Shown: positions 17,007-22,139 of the stretch, one piece after another
How positions within the stretch are numbered: position 1 is the stretch's first letter
How the letters are laid out: each line of letters opens with the position of its first letter
Assembly (NCBI GenBank): GCA_043750125.1
Contig: JAYVCD010000238.1
Coordinates: forward strand, 1-22,139
Reading direction: 5' to 3'
Length of the DNA: 22,139 nucleotides
From: Archangiaceae bacterium
GTDB lineage: Bacteria > Myxococcota > Myxococcia > Myxococcales > Myxococcaceae
Program-made: the position numbers and the translations under genes
Notes under the pieces: model-generated
What the model saw: only the letters and a program-made list of their open reading frames with translations
Told to the model about the DNA's origin: nothing
Databases searched by the model: none

Positions 17007-17405
17007 TCAGTGCTGAATCTTCTCGCTGGGCGAAAGGGAGCCGACCTTGTGAATCTGCAGCAGCCCGTCGTCACGAACCAGGGCGGCCAGGGCCTCGAAG
17101 CTGTGAGCCTGCCAGCGAAGCGAGCCATCGTAATAGAGAGCCAGCTTCACTTTTCGGGTCCGGGCCTCTTCGATGAAGCGCAGCAGCGCGGCGATGGTGG
17201 AAGAATTGAAGTGCGTGAGCTGCTCGAAGTGCATCTCGAGGGTCTGCGATTTGGTCGAGGCTTCGGCCAGCGCGAGCCCGAAAAAGGACCTCACCCCCTT
17301 GTCCGGATCGCGGCTGTTGCTCATGCCTTTCCAGATCAGCGCCAGACGGTCGGGGGCGGGCTCATCGACATCGATCGTCAAGTCGCCCAGCACAAGTCCT
17401 TGCAT
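17007..17405 (-). CDS. SiaC/DUF1987-like (STAS-fold) regulatory protein
   Basis: ATG 17405; IWKGMSNSRDP, MHFEQLTHFNSSTI, LYYD...WQ pattern resembling SiaC (L.YFNTSS). Confidence 0.55.
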   Translation of the reverse strand: MQGLVLGDLTIDVDEPAPDRLALIWKGMSNSRDPDKGVRSFFGLALAEASTKSQTLEMHFEQLTHFNSSTIAALLRFIEEARTRKVKLALYYDGSLRWQAHSFEALAALVRDDGLLQIHKVGSLSPSEKIQH

Positions 17406-17476
17406 AACCCTCGACCCTACCACCGGCGCACGGCCCCGATTCTCAATCAATCTCGGGCGCGAGCTCCTTCGCCCCT

Positions 17477-17986
17477 TCAGCGAGCAGCCGGTCGAGGCTC
17501 GCGGGCGAGCTCTTTGACCAACGCGTCCAATTTTTCCGTGCCTTCGGCGAGTACCGAAGCAAAGCCAATCTTCTTGGCAGCGTCCCGGTCGGCGTAGGAC
17601 TTGAAGCGGCTGACGAGCTTCCAATGGGTCTGGTTCCCGTCGGCCTCGAGCGTCACGGTCATCACGTTGTCGCTGGGGTCGGCGACGGTGGACTTCGCAC
17701 TCTCGGCCTTTTTCCAGATCAGCTTCTCGGGCTTCACCACGTCGACGAAGACGAACTCCATCGCGTGCTCGACGCCGTCCGGAGTGCGCATCGTGTGGCG
17801 CCACCGACCGCCCGGCCGAACGTCCATCTCGCACACCGGATTCTCAAACCCTTTGCCCCCGTACCATTTGACGACATGCCTGGGCTCGGTGAGCGCTTCC
17901 CAGAGAATGTCGCGCGGGGCATCGAACGTGCGGCGCATCACGATCACTGCCGAGTGGGTCGAATTCGAGTTGATGTCGATCTTCAT
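17477..17986 (-). CDS. SRPBCC (AHSA1/START-like) domain protein
   Basis: RTFDAPRDILWEALTEP, EMDVRPGGRWRHTMRTPDG, VVKPEKL. Confidence 0.9.
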   Translation of the reverse strand: MKIDINSNSTHSAVIVMRRTFDAPRDILWEALTEPRHVVKWYGGKGFENPVCEMDVRPGGRWRHTMRTPDGVEHAMEFVFVDVVKPEKLIWKKAESAKSTVADPSDNVMTVTLEADGNQTHWKLVSRFKSYADRDAAKKIGFASVLAEGTEKLDALVKELAREPRPAAR

Positions 17987-17996
17987 GGGGCTTTTT

Positions 17997-19251
<1,255 letters not shown>

Positions 19252-19256
19252 GATGA

Positions 19257-19512
19257 TCAGTGCCAGCCGAACCCCGCCATCGGATCATCTATCGCTCCTT
19301 CGGCGATCGTGATCGCGCCGAGCGCGGTCTTCAGCTCGGCATACGCGACCATCGAGCTCTGGCTGCTCTGGTCCTGGCGGGCGGCAGGCCAGAGGTTCTT
19401 GAATTGGTTGATCGATTTGACGCTCATTGCGAAAAGCTCCGGTGAGAGGAAAGGCGCGCACACTGCCGCAGCCACTGGCCCGCGCGTCAGGTCCAGTTTC
19501 AATGTTTTCCAT
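19257..19512 (-). pseudogene. Short protein-like remnant, unidentified
   Basis: GC3-biased 81-aa frame (KLDLTR...AYAELKTALGAITIAEG...FGWH) with TTG start and an out-of-frame ATG at 19512; family not recognised. Confidence 0.3.
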
Positions 19513-19544
19513 GGACCAGTTCGGGACGGAAAGTCGGCTTCCCG

Positions 19545-20093
19545 TCAGGGGAACAACAGCCGGAAAATCAACCCCGCCGTGGTGGTGTAGCCGACGGCAG
19601 ATCGCTTCACCTTTCCTTCCGAATCGAGAAAGTAGACGGTGGGAAAGGCCGCGACCCGAAACTGACCCGAGAGGTTGTCCACGTCGAGCAGCACCGGGTA
19701 GTCCACCGCGTTCTGCGCGACGTAGCCCTGCACTTCGCTGACTTCCTTCCACGACGAGGCGACCGACAGCACGTGAACGCGGTCGCCCAGAATGCTCTTC
19801 ACCCAGGAAAAGTTCTTCGACTCGGTCTTGCAGACGCCACACCAGGGCGCCCAGAACGCCAGCAGCACCGGCTTGCCCTTCAGCGATTCCAGACTCACCG
19901 TCTGCCCCGCAAGCGAAGGCAGCGAGAAGGGCGGCGCCGCGCCAGAGACGTGACCTCGGGTCTGCCAGAGGCCGACCAGCCCCACCACGAGCACGAAACA
20001 CGACAGGTCAAACGTCCATCGAAACCAGCGCCGCTTTCGCAGCTCGTTCCAGCGCTTCACCCCTGGCTTCGTACTTGATCCCCTCGGGGACAT
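19545..20093 (-). CDS. Membrane-anchored TlpA/ResA-like thiol-disulfide oxidoreductase
   Basis: TM segment, APPFSLPSLAGQTVSL, FWAPWCGVC, cis-Pro AFPT; alternative GTG start at 20060. Confidence 0.9.
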   Translation of the reverse strand: MSPRGSSTKPGVKRWNELRKRRWFRWTFDLSCFVLVVGLVGLWQTRGHVSGAAPPFSLPSLAGQTVSLESLKGKPVLLAFWAPWCGVCKTESKNFSWVKSILGDRVHVLSVASSWKEVSEVQGYVAQNAVDYPVLLDVDNLSGQFRVAAFPTVYFLDSEGKVKRSAVGYTTTAGLIFRLLFP

Positions 20094-20130
20094 GGGCCGT
20101 AATTTCCTTGAGGGCAGGTCAGGTCCCCCG

Positions 20131-20722
20131 ATGTTCCCGCGCGTCGTGCTCATCGCCTGCTGCGCGTTCCCCGGTTGTCGGGGATCTGTGCCCGCCGGGT
20201 CCGCCTCCCAGTGGCCCGAAGCCGATGCGCTGTTTCACAGCAACCCGCAGTGGCTCGGCTCGGACGGCGCGTATTCGGTAGCGCTCTTGCCGGGCAAGAC
20301 GCTCTGGCTGTTCGGAGACACCTTCGTTGCGACCAGCCCCCAGAACGTTCGTTCGGAATCGAAGATGGTGCGCAACACGGTCGCGATTCAAACCGGCACG
20401 GATCCGGCCCTGGCCACCGCTGCCTTCGCGTGGGGCGACGGGCCTGCGTCCTTCTTCCCCGACGGGGCCGACCAGTGGCTGTGGCCCCTGCATGGAATCC
20501 GGGTCGCGAACACCCTGGTCCTCTTCTTCAGCAACGTGAAAAGAACTCCGGGCCAGGGGCTGGGGTTCGCGAACGAGGGCTGGCGCGCGGCGATCATCGA
20601 CAACCCGGACTCCGCGCCCCGCGACTGGCACGTGCAGATGTACGCTGGTGAGCTTCAAGGCCCTGGTGGACGACACCTCGCTCTATTACCCCCGCTTCGT
20701 CCGGGTCACCCTCGCGCCCTGA
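20131..20722 (+). pseudogene. DUF4185/DUF5005-like beta-propeller lipoprotein with central deletion
   Basis: WLGSDGAYSVAL...TLWLFGDTF...MVRNTVAIQ N-terminal half, then MYAG, then shifted-frame C-terminus SFKALVDDTSLYYPRFVRVTLAP-TGA (20651-20722). Confidence 0.7.
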
Positions 20723-20771
20723 CCGCAGGCCCGGGGGATCAATCTGGGGGGCATCGGCACCTGATGCCCAC

Positions 20772-21188
20772 ATGACCCGATCTCTGATGATCCTGATGCT
20801 GCTCTGCGTTGCTGCCTGTGGATCTCTTCCCGGCCCTGCCGATTCGGGGGTCGATGCCGGCCCCTGCAGCCCCTCGACCCAAACCGGGTGCGACACAGAC
20901 TCGAAGTGCACTGTGAAGCCAGACACGGGAGCCCCGGTCTGTGGTCCGAAAGGCAATTCGGTCGCCTACGCCTCCTGTGCCGCCGACCCCGAGTGCATCG
21001 CAGGGACGACCTGCAATGCGGTTCCGGCGGGCAATCCGACTTTCGAAGGAGGCCAGCTGTGCCGACCTCTGTGCAACCCGATGACCGGAGCCCACCTTGC
21101 CTGCGCGCTGGGAGGGACCTGCGAAGTCGTGGATGTTGCCGACCGCTCGATCGGCTTTTGCGTGAGGAAGGCTGACGGCGGAATCTGA
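20772..21188 (+). CDS. Small Cys-rich lipoprotein
   Basis: Lipobox VAAC; CSPSTQTGC...KC, C...ECIAGTTC, CRPLC, GFC repeats. Confidence 0.75.
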   Translation: MTRSLMILMLLCVAACGSLPGPADSGVDAGPCSPSTQTGCDTDSKCTVKPDTGAPVCGPKGNSVAYASCAADPECIAGTTCNAVPAGNPTFEGGQLCRPLCNPMTGAHLACALGGTCEVVDVADRSIGFCVRKADGGI

Positions 21189-21198
21189 AGCCGCACGT

Positions 21199-21924
21199 AT
21201 GCTCCACGAGGTGACGACCGGCGTGCCACACCATGTCGCTTTCATTCCCGACGGCAATCGGCGGTTTGCCCGCTCGAAGAACAGCTCGCTGCTCGAAGGC
21301 TACCGACAGGGGTACGCGAAGATCGAAGAGGTCCTCACCTGGTGCGGAGAGCTGCGCATTCCCGTCGTCACCGTCTGGGTCCTCTCGCTGGACAACCTGG
21401 CTCGGCCGGCCGACGAAGTGGCGGCGCTGCTTGCGTTCATCGAAGAGCAGATTCCGGTGATGGTCGAACTGCAGCACCGGGCGCAGGTCCCGCGCCAGCT
21501 GCGCTGTCTGGGTCGGTTCGACACCTTCCAACCTGGGCTGCGCACCGCGATCGCCGCGGCCGAAAAGGACACCCGGGAATTTGGCCCCTTTCGTTTGAAC
21601 CTCGCGCTCGCCTATGGCGGACAACACGAGATCGTCGACGCGGTGAAGCGGGTGCTCGAAGCGGCCAGGCCGGGAGAATCTGCCGCGGCGATCGCGAGCC
21701 GGCTGACCGAGCACGACATTCGACAACAGCTGTACGGCGATGATCCCGACCCGGACCTGATCATTCGAACCTCGGGCGAGCTTCGGCTCGGCGGTTTCAT
21801 GCTCTGGAAAAGCGTCTACAGCGAGCTGTTCTTCTGTGACGCGCTCTGGCCCGACCTGCGGCGGGAAGATTTTTCCGCTGCGATCGAGGCCTATCAAACC
21901 CGCGACCGCCGACGTGGCACGTGA
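21199..21924 (+). CDS. uppS: cis-prenyltransferase (UppS family polyprenyl diphosphate synthase)
   Basis: HVAFIPDGNRRFA, LSLDNLAR, LAYGGQHEI, DLIIRTSGELRLGGFMLW..YSEL, LWPD. Confidence 0.9.
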   Translation: MLHEVTTGVPHHVAFIPDGNRRFARSKNSSLLEGYRQGYAKIEEVLTWCGELRIPVVTVWVLSLDNLARPADEVAALLAFIEEQIPVMVELQHRAQVPRQLRCLGRFDTFQPGLRTAIAAAEKDTREFGPFRLNLALAYGGQHEIVDAVKRVLEAARPGESAAAIASRLTEHDIRQQLYGDDPDPDLIIRTSGELRLGGFMLWKSVYSELFFCDALWPDLRREDFSAAIEAYQTRDRRRGT

Positions 21925-22139
21925 CGGCGCTGGCTTCCAACCCCCGGCGGGCGCGGGCAGCCGCGTGGGTCGACGCGCTTCGAATCGAGTACCAGGGCGA
22001 CAACCTCGTCGCCTGGTTCACCGTCTGCGCCGTCGCCGCGACCACGGGCTCTTTGCCGCTGAGGTGGATGGGGCTCGGGGTGTTGATGCTGGTGACCGCC
22101 CAGTGCGCCGTCGAGCTCCTCGACGGGTACCACGACTTC
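21921..22139 (+). CDS. UbiA/MenA-family prenyltransferase, 5' partial (runs off window)
   Basis: GTG overlapping uppS stop (GTGA); reads MTALASNPRRARAAAWVDALRIEYQ...two TM segments...AVELLDGYHDF, matching the W..A.R start and first Asp-rich (NDxxD) motif position of MenA/UbiA. Confidence 0.6.
   Translation, partial: MTALASNPRRARAAAWVDALRIEYQGDNLVAWFTVCAVAATTGSLPLRWMGLGVLMLVTAQCAVELLDGYHDF

Overview
GC-rich bacterial DNA with a myxobacterial (Myxococcota-like) character, inferred from Cys-rich lipoproteins with DAG/DGG linkers, DUF1592/DUF1552 remnants, a PilZ protein and a sigma54-like promoter. The left half holds a NUDIX hydrolase, DoxX, a LETM1/TerB-like protein, a pal-like gene coupled to PilZ, a DUF4382-like lipoprotein, a co-directional pdxR-pdxS-pdxT vitamin B6 operon, and an acyltransferase plus DegT-family aminotransferase pair. 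The best candidate for an undescribed system is a six-gene, translationally coupled minus-strand operon (16942->12497): two small membrane proteins, a TPR/membrane protein, a 67-aa single-TM peptide, an MftC-like radical SAM/SPASM enzyme with an MftB/RRE-like N-terminus, and a Cys-rich metallophosphoesterase lipoprotein. Several genes around it (DUF1592-DUF1552 pair, DegP-type protease, DUF4185-like protein and probably two more) survive only as ordered fragments joined by multiple internal deletions. The window ends with a cis-prenyltransferase coupled to a UbiA/MenA-like prenyltransferase. No rRNA, tRNA, CRISPR array or transposase was seen. All family assignments come from motif recognition by eye, not database searches.
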